Below, one piece after another: positions 10,450 to 21,430 of a DNA stretch of 28,337 bases (position 1 is the first letter of the stretch; each line of letters starts with the position of its first letter). The stretch lies in the NCBI GenBank assembly GCA_030141605.1, contig JAQGDQ010001711.1, positions 1 to 28,337 on the forward strand. The letters run 5' to 3'. Source of the DNA: Tubiluchus corallicola (lineage: Eukaryota > Animalia > Priapulida). A program made the position numbers and the translations under genes. The notes below the pieces were generated by a model, which saw only the letters and a program-made list of their open reading frames with translations, did no database searches and had not been told where the DNA came from.

Positions 10450-10638
10450 TAAAACTATTTTTTTACCTCACAAGTTAGTACGAATATAACATCAGTCAGT
10501 AATAATAGTATAAAATACTTACACTCGAGTCTTCTAAATAACATTATTCAAGTAAAAAAAAAACAAATGACAATAATAACTCACACAGTAAAATAATAAT
10601 ATTAACACTTCACACTACAAAAAAAGGGAAGGTGCGAT

Positions 10639-10716
10639 ACTTACAGTCGCTCAGACAAAGTGGTCAGCAAAGGAGACTGTACCTCGCTTGTCACGGGCTT
10701 TTATAACTGGCGTGGC
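10639..10716 (-). promoter_or_regulatory. Candidate Pol II core promoter and short first exon (GC box, TATAAAA, Inr-like CAGT, GTAAGT donor)
   Basis: Minus strand: GCCACGCC (10716-10709), TATAAAA (10705-10699), CAGT with its A at 10678 (27 nt after the TATA start), GTAAGT (10644-10639). Confidence 0.5.
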
Positions 10717-10914
10717 TTCGGACTGATCCATTCTAAGCAACAAAACTGGCGTCGTTACCTGTGATACTTGCTGTTCACAATGCATAATTGACATTCTATG
10801 GAAATGCTTACAATATGGGTGTATGCAAAAAATTCAATTACGTACACAATGAAAAATCGTTAAATACAAAAATGATATTAATGCACTATTCAACACAGCG
10901 GCACAAACAGCAAC

Positions 10915-11142
10915 GGCCGACAAATAGAAGGTGGTACTGTGATAACCATGATCAGGGACTGCAGAGTTAGTTTCTGACGTTATATGACGTAGATCCCATT
11001 TTCGTGACATCACACCTTTAAGCAGTAACACTCACACAAATGTGCTTGATGCGCACGGGAAGATACGCAAACTGTGGTTAGTTTCTGACGTAAGCAATTG
11101 CTGTGTTCGGTTGAAATTAATTAACTTTCTAAGCTAATTATT
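10915..11142. repeat. Dispersed repeat fragment, inverted counterpart at 25076-25209
   Basis: ggccgacaaatagaagg...cccattttcgtgacatc and gaaattaattaactttctaagctaattatt match the reverse complement of 25076-25209. Confidence 0.8.
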
Positions 11143-11280
11143 CAAATAAAAGAAACAATTGCTAAGTTTTGTAGGCAAGAAAATGTATATTTTGCACAGC
11201 AAATAAAAATGAGTCTAAATCATCATCCGGTTTTCCTTTAAATCTTCCATAATTTGTCCATAATTTTATATCAACATGTC

Positions 11281-12118
11281 ACTGACACACGAGTAGGTTG
11301 TCTACTCAAGATCTCACTCACACACGAGTAGGTTGGCTACTCAACATCTCACTCACACACAAGTAGGTTGGCTAGTCAAGATCTCACTCACACACAAGTA
11401 GGTTGGCTACTCAAGAACTCACTCACACACAAGTAGGTTGGCTACTCAAGAACTCACTCACACACAAGTAGGTTGTCTACTCAAGATCTCACTCACACAC
11501 GAGTAGGTTGGCTACTCAACATCTCCCTCACACACACACGAGTAGGTTGGCTACTCAAGAACTCACTCACACACGAGTAGGTTGGCTACTCAACATCTCA
11601 CTCACATAAGAGTAGGTTGGCTACTCAACATCTCACTCACACAAGAGTAGGTTGGCTACTCAACATCTCACTCACACACGAGTAGGTTAGCTACTCAACA
11701 TCTCACTCACACACGAGTAGGTTGGCTACTCAACATCTCACTCACACACGAGTAGGTTAGCTACTCAACATCTCCCTCACACACGAGTAGGTTGGCTACT
11801 CAACATCTCACTCACACACGAGTAGGTTGGCTACTCAACATCTCACTCACACACGAGTAGGTTAGCTACTCAACATCTCACTCACACACGAGTAGGTTAG
11901 CTACTCAACATCTCACTCACACACGAGTAGGTTGGCTACTCAACATCTCACTCACACACGAGTAGGTTAGCTACTCAACATCTCACACACACACGAGTAG
12001 GTTGGCTACTCAACATCTCCCTCACACACACACGAGTAGGTTGGCTACTCAACATCTCACTCACACACGAGTAGGTTGGCTACTCAACATCTCCCTCACA
12101 CACGAGTAGGTTGGCTAC
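11281..12118. repeat. 35-bp tandem repeat, 24 copies, with GAGTAG-N5-CTACTC palindrome
   Basis: Unit ctcacacacgagtaggttggctactcaacatctca; period 35, with two copies 4 bp longer. Confidence 0.97.
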
Positions 12119-12559
12119 CATAATACTGTGTTTGCAGTAAGCTAACTATAAGCTCTATAATATAACTCGGGGAACTGGATTAACTAACAAGTCATTGTTA
12201 AAATTAGGCCATCACGCTCACGAAAGGTTCGTATGTTAAAAAACTCTACAGGTGCTTTCACAATATCGACATTATTGTCCCTAGCTAATCGCTTCTACTG
12301 TCATTCCGTAGTCGTGGCCTGGAACTGTGAGTCATGGAAGAAATGAGCTCCAACACGACGAGATGGTGACAGGTATTAACAATTGTCAATATAATTGTTT
12401 CAATAGGTTCAGCACATGAGACAGGTACAATTCTTATGCCAATGTGAAAATGCTGACCAAATCATACAATACAGCTTGCATGTGGCATTGTTACAATGAT
12501 CATAACGAGTCTGATCAATTATTATTATCATTATTAATATTATTCCTATTTTTATTTCT

Positions 12560-13034
12560 AAATAATCAATTTTCTCAACAGGTTCAGCACACATGAGTGA
12601 CATGACTGACACAACTTCTGCATAGTTTCTCTGCGTTTTTGGAAATATTGATGCTATGCTGATCATAATCAATCCTGACAAATCGACTTACTTCTTCAAA
12701 ATGGCGGCAATGTACGGGGTTTAAAAAGTTATTGGTCTATTAACCATCAATTGTAATCGTGAATCAGCTTCATGAAATGATTTTCCTTTTAATTTAATAT
12801 CTAAGCAGCAACAGAACTTTTATGCGAATTTTTTTATCATTAATAAGCCCGGAAGCAGTGTCAATAACGCTGCTAAACTGTGCAATATTTCTTGCTAGCC
12901 AGTACGGTTCCTTTTTATCTTCATTTAGGACAGTTTTGTGGATGTTTGTGGATGTTTGTGGACAGTAGTGACCTTTGTGGATTATTGTTAATCAGTTCAA
13001 TGTAACTGTTCTTACATATGCTGATGAAAGTAGA
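12560..13034 (-). pseudogene. Rearranged, degenerate fragments of a BTB gene copy
   Basis: 12560-12652 encodes SIFPKTQRNYAEVVSV...CAEPVEKI (compare 13595-13675). 12730-13034 is a diverged, indel-containing copy of the gene's 3' end (compare 13148-13425). Confidence 0.85.
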
Positions 13035-13190
13035 TTCTTGTATGGGATTTTTAATGTTTTAACCAGAGACTGCAATAATATGACATAATAAATAAAAAAT
13101 AATGACATATGACATCGTGAGCTTCACGACACAGGGTGTAGAAATTTATTGGTCTATAAACAATCAATCGTAATCGTGAAAGCATCAGTT

Positions 13191-14498
13191 TCAAAAAATG
13201 ATTTTCCTTTTTCTATTCATTTTGCTAAACAGCACTTTAACTTTTATGCGAATTTTTCCATCATTAATAAACCCGGATGCAGGATCAATGACGGTTCTAA
13301 ACTGTGCAATATTTGGTGTCCAGAGCAGTTCCTTTATATCTTTATTTAGGACAGTTTTGAGTGACCTTTGTGGATTATTGTTAATCAGTTCAATGTAACT
13401 GTTCTTACATATGCTGATGAAAGTAGAACAGGGACGAACTACTAAATGCAAGTAACAGCCTTCACCACGGTTATCTCCAGCATTGGAGCAGCTCGTTTTC
13501 TTACATCTGAAAAGAAAAATGTTATGCTCATTAGCTTTGGCTGCACACTTTCCTATAAAACCTAGTTTTTCATTTCCTGCTGTTTTTATTTTATTAATTT
13601 TCTCAACAGGTTCAGCACACATGACTGACACAACTTCTGCGCCGTAGTTTCTCTGCGTTTTTGGAAATATTGATTCTGATGTCTCTTTTTGACGATAATT
13701 GATTAAAACATTTGCTTGCTCCTCGGCATTTAATATTCCAGTTGCTACCGGTCCTTTGATGAATAACTCTGGATCCATTGTGGGAAATCTGATTTGAAAC
13801 AAGATGTCACATAAGACTGTTCTCTTGTTGAACACATTTTGCTCTAGGTTCTTTCGCTTGCATTCAGCATCAGCCCATCTTAAAACTGCATCAAATAGTT
13901 TCACCTCTTCAGTAATTGTCAGTTCATCAAGTTTGACAATCCTCAATAAGCTGTCGTAGCTCAAGGAAGTAAAACTGTCGGACTCTATAACTGTTTCTGT
14001 CTCGACACTAATGACCTCCAAACAGTTCATTTCTACATCTCGCCTTTCATAGAAACAAGCAGCTGTCAGAATGGTACAGACGTTGTCAATTGTGATTTCG
14101 CACTTAAGGAAATCAGCAACCGATTTTTCAAGTTCGCGAATGTTGTATTTTTTAGCTAAGTAAAGCACCGAAAGAACATTATCACCAGTTAATTCAGTTT
14201 TGTCAGTATAAATAAACCTCAAAAGCAGCAGGAACACTTCAGGTTCAACATAGGTTATTGGTATGACATCACCAAGTTTATGACACAGCGGCCCAAACAG
14301 CATCCTCTTAAAAACGTCACGTCTGAGTGCAAGTACGTACCGACTAGCGTTGATGACACTTTCACCAACTGAAAAAGTTACATCACATAATTCCTGGAAA
14401 TCTTCGTTACCAAAAACATAATCGTGTCTCTCGTTCCAGTTGTCCATTGCATCAACCTTTTCAGCTGGAGTTTGCGGCTCGTCTAATGAATTTGCCAT
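13191..14498 (-). CDS. BTB/POZ-BACK protein (BTBD1/2/3/6-like N-terminus) with degenerate MATH-like C-terminus, copy 1 (435 aa)
   Basis: BTB motifs CDVTFSVG, VFKRMLFG, FLLLLRFIYTD; BACK motifs EEVKLFDAVLRWA, ILFQIRFPTM; C-terminal VIDPASGFINDGKIRIKVKV resembles a MATH end. Confidence 0.93.
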   Translation of the reverse strand: MANSLDEPQTPAEKVDAMDNWNERHDYVFGNEDFQELCDVTFSVGESVINASRYVLALRRDVFKRMLFGPLCHKLGDVIPITYVEPEVFLLLLRFIYTDKTELTGDNVLSVLYLAKKYNIRELEKSVADFLKCEITIDNVCTILTAACFYERRDVEMNCLEVISVETETVIESDSFTSLSYDSLLRIVKLDELTITEEVKLFDAVLRWADAECKRKNLEQNVFNKRTVLCDILFQIRFPTMDPELFIKGPVATGILNAEEQANVLINYRQKETSESIFPKTQRNYGAEVVSVMCAEPVEKINKIKTAGNEKLGFIGKCAAKANEHNIFLFRCKKTSCSNAGDNRGEGCYLHLVVRPCSTFISICKNSYIELINNNPQRSLKTVLNKDIKELLWTPNIAQFRTVIDPASGFINDGKIRIKVKVLFSKMNRKRKIIF

Positions 14499-15313
14499 TT
14501 CTTTTGCTAATGGAATTTTCTGACCTCTCTGCTGATTGAGAACTTGTTTAAATGGCTGGTGTAACTACAGACACGAGATGAAATAATTTAAACTTTGTTC
14601 TTTTTATCAGTTTTATGTTCTACAAACATTAAAGGTAATCATACAGTCGTAATTTTATATTGTCAATGCTGCCTCGCCTTGTACAAACAACTAATTGTAC
14701 ACTCTTTGTTTGGGTTATAAACTTATGACACCGACTAAGAAAAATAACTCTTCACTTTGTCCAATATCATGTGTAACTTAAGCATCTTGTCCCAACTTTA
14801 TTAGGAATTAGAATAAGTTCAAGTATCTTTCAATGCTAATCAGCACTTTTTTTAAAATTTAAAGCAAGAAATGAAAAACAACAAATTAAAGAGATATATT
14901 ATTATTAAAATCATTTTATTTTATTCGTGAAACGGGGTTAAACCGGCTGAGGATTCTACACCTCAAAACAATGTAAACTATGAAAGTTGAAAGGAAAATA
15001 CTATTTTTTCAAGAACGGTTTAGTGAAAGAATTATTAGCACAGAGTTGAAATTGCATTCGCACCACAAGTTCTTCGCGGTTAAACCTCTTGCACAAAAAG
15101 CGGTGCTGTACCACTTAGTTCAAATGTGTTCAGGTGTGACGTGGTGCACACGTTAGCTCAGGTGTGAGTTCAGCTGTAAACTTGAATCTTGAAATATAAA
15201 CTCGAAATTTGTCTAGTTTTCATATGTCATTTTCACACTGAATGATATACAGTAGCACTGTACTTCAATTTTTTCTTTCCATGAAAATTATGCCCACTCG
15301 CTGTGCCATCGTT

Positions 15314-15329
15314 TTATTATTACTACTAC

Positions 15330-15362
<33 letters not shown>

Positions 15363-15410
15363 TACTACTTCTATTATTATTATTATCATTATTATTATTA
15401 TTATCATCAT
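15314..15410. repeat. (TTA/CTA)n microsatellite
   Basis: Direct trinucleotide run; paralogous run at 18832-18924. Confidence 0.92.
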
Positions 15411-16030
15411 CACAGGTGCTACTCCATACTCCAGTCATTACAGGTACGTAATATTGAATGATATTTTGAACATATTGAATGATATTTTGAATGTTATTTG
15501 TGGTCATCACAGGTGTTACTCCAGACTCCAGTCATTACAGGTACGTAATATTGAATGATATTTTGAACGTTATTTGTGGTCATCACAGGTGCTACTCCAG
15601 ACTCCAGTCATTACAGGTACGTAATATTGAATGATATTTTGAACGTTATTTGTGGTCATCACAGGTGTTACTCCAGACTCCAGCCATTACAGGTACATTA
15701 TATTGAATGATATTTTGAACATTATTTGTGGTCATCACAGGTGTTACTCCAGACTCCAGCCATTACAGGTACATTATATTGAATGATATTTTGAACGTTA
15801 TTTGTGGTCATCACAGGTGTTACTCCAGACTTCAGCCATTACAAGTACGTAATATTGAAGGATATTTTGAACGTTATTTGTGGTCATCACTGGTGCTACT
15901 CCAGACTCCAGCCATTACAAGTACGTTATATTGAATGATATTTTGAACGTTATTTGTGGTCATCACTGGTGCTACTCCAGACTCCAGCCATTACAAGTAC
16001 GTTATATTGAATGATATTTTGAACATTATT
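15411..16030. repeat. 76-bp tandem repeat, 8 copies
   Basis: Unit starts at 15411, 15508, 15584, 15660, 15736, 15812, 15888 and 15964. Confidence 0.95.
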
Positions 16031-16642
16031 TTGAACTGGACTGCAGAGGCATGTGTAGCAGTTGGTACACACCCAGGTGACAGGAATTTGCTACTTGGAT
16101 GAAAAAATGTTGAAGAACAAGGAGATTTACGAATGCCAAATCATACGATACAGCTTATACGTGACATTGTTATGCTGATCACAATCAATCATGACAAATC
16201 GACTTACTTCTTATAAATGGGCGGCAACATATGGGGTATGAAGTATTTCTGAAGGTAAAATTGCTAAGACATCAGCATAGGTAGAACACAGGTGAGTTTA
16301 TTTATACAAATCAGTAACAGCACATGTTTATTCAATGATCTCTGACAGCCACCTGACCAGGTAAGTTTTCTATGAAGCAAGGAAGCCAGCAATTCTATGA
16401 AAGGTAAATGTTATGCATACTACATAGTTCAAGAATGAAAGTTTAGACTGTATATGAAGAAATAGACTTATTTTACAGCTGAAATTTCTTGTGTGGGATT
16501 TTCTAATGTTTTAACCAGAGAATGCAATAATATGACATAATAAATAAAAAATAATGACATATGACATCGTGAGCTTCACGACACGGGGTGTAGAAATTTA
16601 TTGGTCTATAAACAATCAATCGTAATCGTGAAAGCATCAGTT

Positions 16643-18013
16643 TCAAAAAATGATTTTCCTTTTTCTATTCATTTTGCTAAACAGCACTTTAACTTTTATG
16701 CGAATTTTTCCATCATTAATAAACCCGGATGCAGGATCAATGACGGTTCTAAACTGTGCAATATTTGGTGTCCAGAGCAGTTCCTTTATATCTTTATTTA
16801 GGACAGTTTTGAGTGACCTTTGTGGATTATTGTTAATCACTTCAATGTAACTGTTCTTACACACGCTACGAAAAATAAGAGAAGAAGAGGGAACAACTTG
16901 TAAATACAAGCAACAGCCTTCACCACGGTTATCAGCATTGGGGCAGTGTGTTTTGTAACATCTGTAAAGAGCAATGACAAGCTTATCAGCATTACCAATG
17001 GTTGCAATCTTTTCTATAGAAATGTATGCATCTACTGGCATTCTTCGCAATCTACGAATCCATCTACTCGAAATCTTTTCTGATATTTCTGATCGTCTTA
17101 TTTCTAAATTTTCAATTTCCTCAACAGGTACAGCACACAGGACTAACACGACTTCTACGTAGTTTCTCTGCGTTTTTGGAAATATTGATTCTGATGCCAC
17201 TTTTTGATGATGATTGATTAGAACATTTTCTTGCTCCTCGGCATTTAATATTCCAGTTGCTACCGGTCCTTTGATGAATAAATCTGGATCCATTGTAGGA
17301 AATCTGATTTGAAACAAAATGTCGCCCAAGACTGTTCTCTTGTTGAGCACATTTTGCTCTACTTTCTTTCGCTCACATTCAGCATCAGCCCACCTTAAAA
17401 CTGCATCAAATAGTTTCCCCTCTTCAGTAATTGTCAGTTCATCAAGTTTGACAATCCTCAATAAGCTGTCGTAGCTCAAGGAATTAAAACTGTCGGACTT
17501 TATAACTGCTTCTGTCTCGACACTAATGACCTCCAGACAGTTCATCTCTACATCTCTTGTTTCATAGAAACAAGCAGCTGTCAGAATGGTACAAACGTTG
17601 TCAGTTGTGATTTCAGATTTAAGGAAATCAACAGCCATTTTTTCAAGTTCACGAATGTTGTACTTTCTAGCTGTGTAAAGTACTTGAAGAACATTATCAC
17701 CAGTTAATTCAGCTTTGTCAGTATAAATGAACCTCAAAAGCAGCAGGAACACTTCAGGTTCAACGTCGGTTATTGGTATGACATCACCAGGTTTATGACA
17801 CAGCGGCCCAAACAGCATCCTCTTAAAAACGTCACTTCTGAGTGCAAGTACGTACCGACTAGCGTTGATGATGGTTTCACCAACTGAAAAAGTTACATCA
17901 CATAATTCCTGGAAATCTTCGTTACCAAAAACATAATCGTATCTCTCGTTCCAGTTGCCCATCGCATCAACCCTTTCAGCTGGAGTTTGCGGCTCGTCTA
18001 ATGAAGTTGCCAT
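16643..18013 (-). CDS. BTB/POZ-BACK(-MATH-like) protein, copy 2 (456 aa)
   Basis: Same BTB and BACK motifs as copy 1; intact ORF. Confidence 0.93.
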   Translation of the reverse strand: MATSLDEPQTPAERVDAMGNWNERYDYVFGNEDFQELCDVTFSVGETIINASRYVLALRSDVFKRMLFGPLCHKPGDVIPITDVEPEVFLLLLRFIYTDKAELTGDNVLQVLYTARKYNIRELEKMAVDFLKSEITTDNVCTILTAACFYETRDVEMNCLEVISVETEAVIKSDSFNSLSYDSLLRIVKLDELTITEEGKLFDAVLRWADAECERKKVEQNVLNKRTVLGDILFQIRFPTMDPDLFIKGPVATGILNAEEQENVLINHHQKVASESIFPKTQRNYVEVVLVLCAVPVEEIENLEIRRSEISEKISSRWIRRLRRMPVDAYISIEKIATIGNADKLVIALYRCYKTHCPNADNRGEGCCLYLQVVPSSSLIFRSVCKNSYIEVINNNPQRSLKTVLNKDIKELLWTPNIAQFRTVIDPASGFINDGKIRIKVKVLFSKMNRKRKIIF

Positions 18014-18831
18014 TTCTTTTGCTAATGGAATTTTCTGACCTCTCTGCTGATCGAGAACTTGTTTAAATGGCTGGTGTAACTACAGACACGAGATGAAATA
18101 ATTTAAACTTTGTTCTTTTTATCAGTTTTATGTTCTACAAACATTAAAGGTAATCATACAGTCGTAATTTTATATTGTCAATGCTGCCTCGCCTTGTACA
18201 AACAACTAATTGTACACTCTTTATTAACTTGGTTTATAAACTTATGACACCGACTAAGAAAAATAACTCTTCACTTTGTCCAATATCATGTGTAACTTAA
18301 GCATCTTGTCCCAACTTTATTAGGAATTAGAATAAGTTCAAGTATCTTTCAATGCTAATCAGCACTTTTTTTAAAATTTAATGCAAGAAATGAAATTGAA
18401 TTGAAGAGATATATTATTATTAAAATCATTTTATTTTATTCGTGAAACGGGGTTAAACTGGCTGAGGATCCTACACCTCAAAACAATGTAAACTATGAAA
18501 GTTGAAAGGAAAATACTATTTTTTCAAGAACGGTTTAGTGAAAGAATTATTAGCACAGAGTTGAAATTGCATTCGCACCACAAGTTCTTTGCGGTTAAAC
18601 CTCTTGCACAAAAAGCGGTGCTGTACCACTTAGTTCAAATGTGTTCAGGTGTGACGTGGTGCACACGTTAGCTCAGGTGTGAGTTCAGCTGTAAACTTGA
18701 ATCTTGAAATATAAACTCGAAATTTGTCTAGTTTTCATATGTCATTTTCACACTGAATGATATACAGTAGCACTGTACTTCAATTTTTTCTTTCCATGAA
18801 AAAATCACGCCCATTCGCTGTGCCATCGTCG

Positions 18832-18924
18832 TATTATTACTACTACTTTTATTATGATGATTATTATTATTATTTCTACTTCTATTATTATTATTATCAT
18901 TATTATTATTATTATTATCATCAT
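18832..18924. repeat. (TTA)n microsatellite
   Basis: Direct trinucleotide run, paralogous to 15314-15410. Confidence 0.9.
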
Positions 18925-19450
18925 CACAGGTGCTACTCCATACTCCAGTCATTACAGGTACGTAATATTGAATGATATTTTGAATGTTATTTGTGGTCAT
19001 CACAGGTGCTACTCCAGACTCCAGTCATTACAGGTACGTAATATTGAATGATATTTTGAACGTTATTTGTGGTCATCACAGGTGTTACTCCAGACTCCAG
19101 CCATTACAGGTACATTATATTGAATGATATTTTGAACATTATTTGTGGTCATCACAGGTGTTACTCCAGACTCCAGCCATTACAGGTACATTATATTGAA
19201 TGATATTTTGAACGTTATTTGTGGTCATCACAGGTGTTACTCCAGACTCCAGCCATTACAGGTACGTTATATTGAGTGATATTTTGAACGTTATTTGTGG
19301 TCATCACAGGTGCTACTCCAGACTCCAGCCATTACAGGTACGTTATATTGAATGATATTTTGAACGTTATTTGTGGTCATCACTGGTGCTACTCCAGACT
19401 CCAGCCATTACAAGTACGTTATATTGAATGATATTTTGAACATTATTTTG
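18925..19450. repeat. 76-bp tandem repeat, 7 copies
   Basis: Unit starts run from 18925 to 19381 at 76-bp spacing. Confidence 0.95.
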
Positions 19451-20059
19451 AACTGGACTGCAGAGGCATGTGTAGCAGTTGGTACACACCCAGGTGACAG
19501 GAATTTGCTACTTGGATGAAAAAATGTTGAAGAACAAGGAGATTTACGAATGCCAAATCATACGATACAGCTTATACGTGACATTGTTATGCTGATCACA
19601 ATCAATCATGACAAATCGACTTACTTCTTATAAATGGGCGGCAACATACGGGGTATGAAGTATTTCTGAAGGTAAAATTGCTAAGACATCAGCATAGGTA
19701 GAACACAGGTGAGTTTATTTATACAAATCAGTAACAGCACATGTTTATTCAATGATCTCTGACAGCCAACTGACCAGGTAAGTTTTCTATGAAGCAAGGA
19801 AGCCAGCAATTCTATGAAAGGTAAATGTTATGCATACTACATAGTTCAAGAATGAAAGTTTAGACTGTATATGAAGAAATAGACTTATTTTACAGCTGAA
19901 ATTTCTTGTGTGGGATTTTCTAATGTTTTAACCAGAGAATGCAATAATATGACATAATAAATAAAAAATAATGACATATGACATCGTGAGCTTCACGACA
20001 CGGGGTGTAGAAATTTATTGGTCTATAAACAATCAATCGTAATCGTGAAAGCATCAGTT

Positions 20060-21430
20060 TCAAAAAATGATTTTCCTTTTTCTATTCATTTTGCTAAACA
20101 GCACTTTAACTTTTATGCGAATTTTTCCATCATTAATAAACCCGGATGCAGGATCAATGACGGTTCTAAACTGTGCAATATTTGGTGTCCAGAGCAGTTC
20201 CTTTATATCTTTATTTAGGACAGTTTTGAGTGACCTTTGTGGATTATTGTTAATCACTTCAATGTAACTGTTCTTACACACGCTACGAAAAATAAGAGAA
20301 GAAGAGGGAACAACTTGTAAATACAAGCAACAGCCTTCACCACGGTTATCAGCATTGGGGCAGTGTGTTTTGTAACATCTGTAAAGAGCAATGACAAGCT
20401 TATCAGCATTACCAATGGTTGCAATCTTTTCTATAGAAATGTATGCATCTACTGGCATTCTTCGCAATCTACGAATCCATCTACTCGAAATCTTTTCTGA
20501 TATTTCTGATCGTCTTATTTCTAAATTTTCAATTTCCTCAACAGGTACAGCACACAGGACTAACACGACTTCTACGTAGTTTCTCTGCGTTTTTGGAAAT
20601 ATTGATTCTGATGCCACTTTTTGATGATGATTGATTAGAACATTTTCTTGCTCCTCGGCATTTAATATTCCAGTTGCTACCGGTCCTTTGATGAATAAAT
20701 CTGGATCCATTGTAGGAAATCTGATTTGAAACAAAATGTCGCCCAAGACTGTTCTCTTGTTGAACACATTTTGCTCTACTTTCTTTCGCTCACATTCAGC
20801 ATCAGCCCACCTTAAAACTGCATCAAATAGTTTCCCCTCTTCAGTAATTGTCAGTTCATCAAGTTTGACAATCCTCAATAAGCTGTCGTAGCTCAAGGAA
20901 TTAAAACTGTCGGACTTTATAACTGCTTCTGTCTCGACACTAATGACCTCCAGACAGTTCATCTCTACATCTCTTGTTTCATAGAAACAAGCAGCTGTCA
21001 GAATGGTACAAACGTTGTCAGTTGTGATTTCAGATTTAAGGAAATCAACAGCCATTTTTTCAAGTTCACGAATGTTGTACTTTCTAGCTGTGTAAAGTAC
21101 TTGAAGAACATTATCACCAGTTAATTCAGCTTTGTCAGTATAAATGAACCTCAAAAGCAGCAGGAACACTTCAGGTTCAACGTCGGTTATTGGTATGACA
21201 TCACCAAGTTTATGACACAGCGGCCCAAACAGCATCCTCTTAAAGACGTCACTTCTGAGTGCAAGTACGTACCGACTAGCGTTGATGATGGTTTCACCAA
21301 CTGAAAAAGTTACATCACATAATTCCTGGAAATCTTCGTTACCAAAAACATAATCGTATCTCTCGTTCCAGTTGCCCATCGCATCAACCCTTTCAGCTGG
21401 AGTTTGCAGCTCATCTAATAAAGTTGCCAT
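20060..21430 (-). CDS. BTB/POZ-BACK(-MATH-like) protein, copy 3 (456 aa)
   Basis: Differs from copy 2 at 4 visible residues (S4L, P8L, HKPG/HKLG, NVLNK/NVFNK). Confidence 0.93.
   Translation of the reverse strand: MATLLDELQTPAERVDAMGNWNERYDYVFGNEDFQELCDVTFSVGETIINASRYVLALRSDVFKRMLFGPLCHKLGDVIPITDVEPEVFLLLLRFIYTDKAELTGDNVLQVLYTARKYNIRELEKMAVDFLKSEITTDNVCTILTAACFYETRDVEMNCLEVISVETEAVIKSDSFNSLSYDSLLRIVKLDELTITEEGKLFDAVLRWADAECERKKVEQNVFNKRTVLGDILFQIRFPTMDPDLFIKGPVATGILNAEEQENVLINHHQKVASESIFPKTQRNYVEVVLVLCAVPVEEIENLEIRRSEISEKISSRWIRRLRRMPVDAYISIEKIATIGNADKLVIALYRCYKTHCPNADNRGEGCCLYLQVVPSSSLIFRSVCKNSYIEVINNNPQRSLKTVLNKDIKELLWTPNIAQFRTVIDPASGFINDGKIRIKVKVLFSKMNRKRKIIF

Noticed and set aside
11281-12118. 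CRISPR-like 35-bp palindromic repeats
   Set aside because: Head-to-tail units without spacers, in a eukaryotic context.
13149-20634. Short plus-strand ORFs overlapping the BTB genes, and poly-Leu/Asn/Ile/Tyr ORFs
   Set aside because: Antisense shadows of the real CDSs or translations of microsatellites; they recur only because the unit is duplicated.
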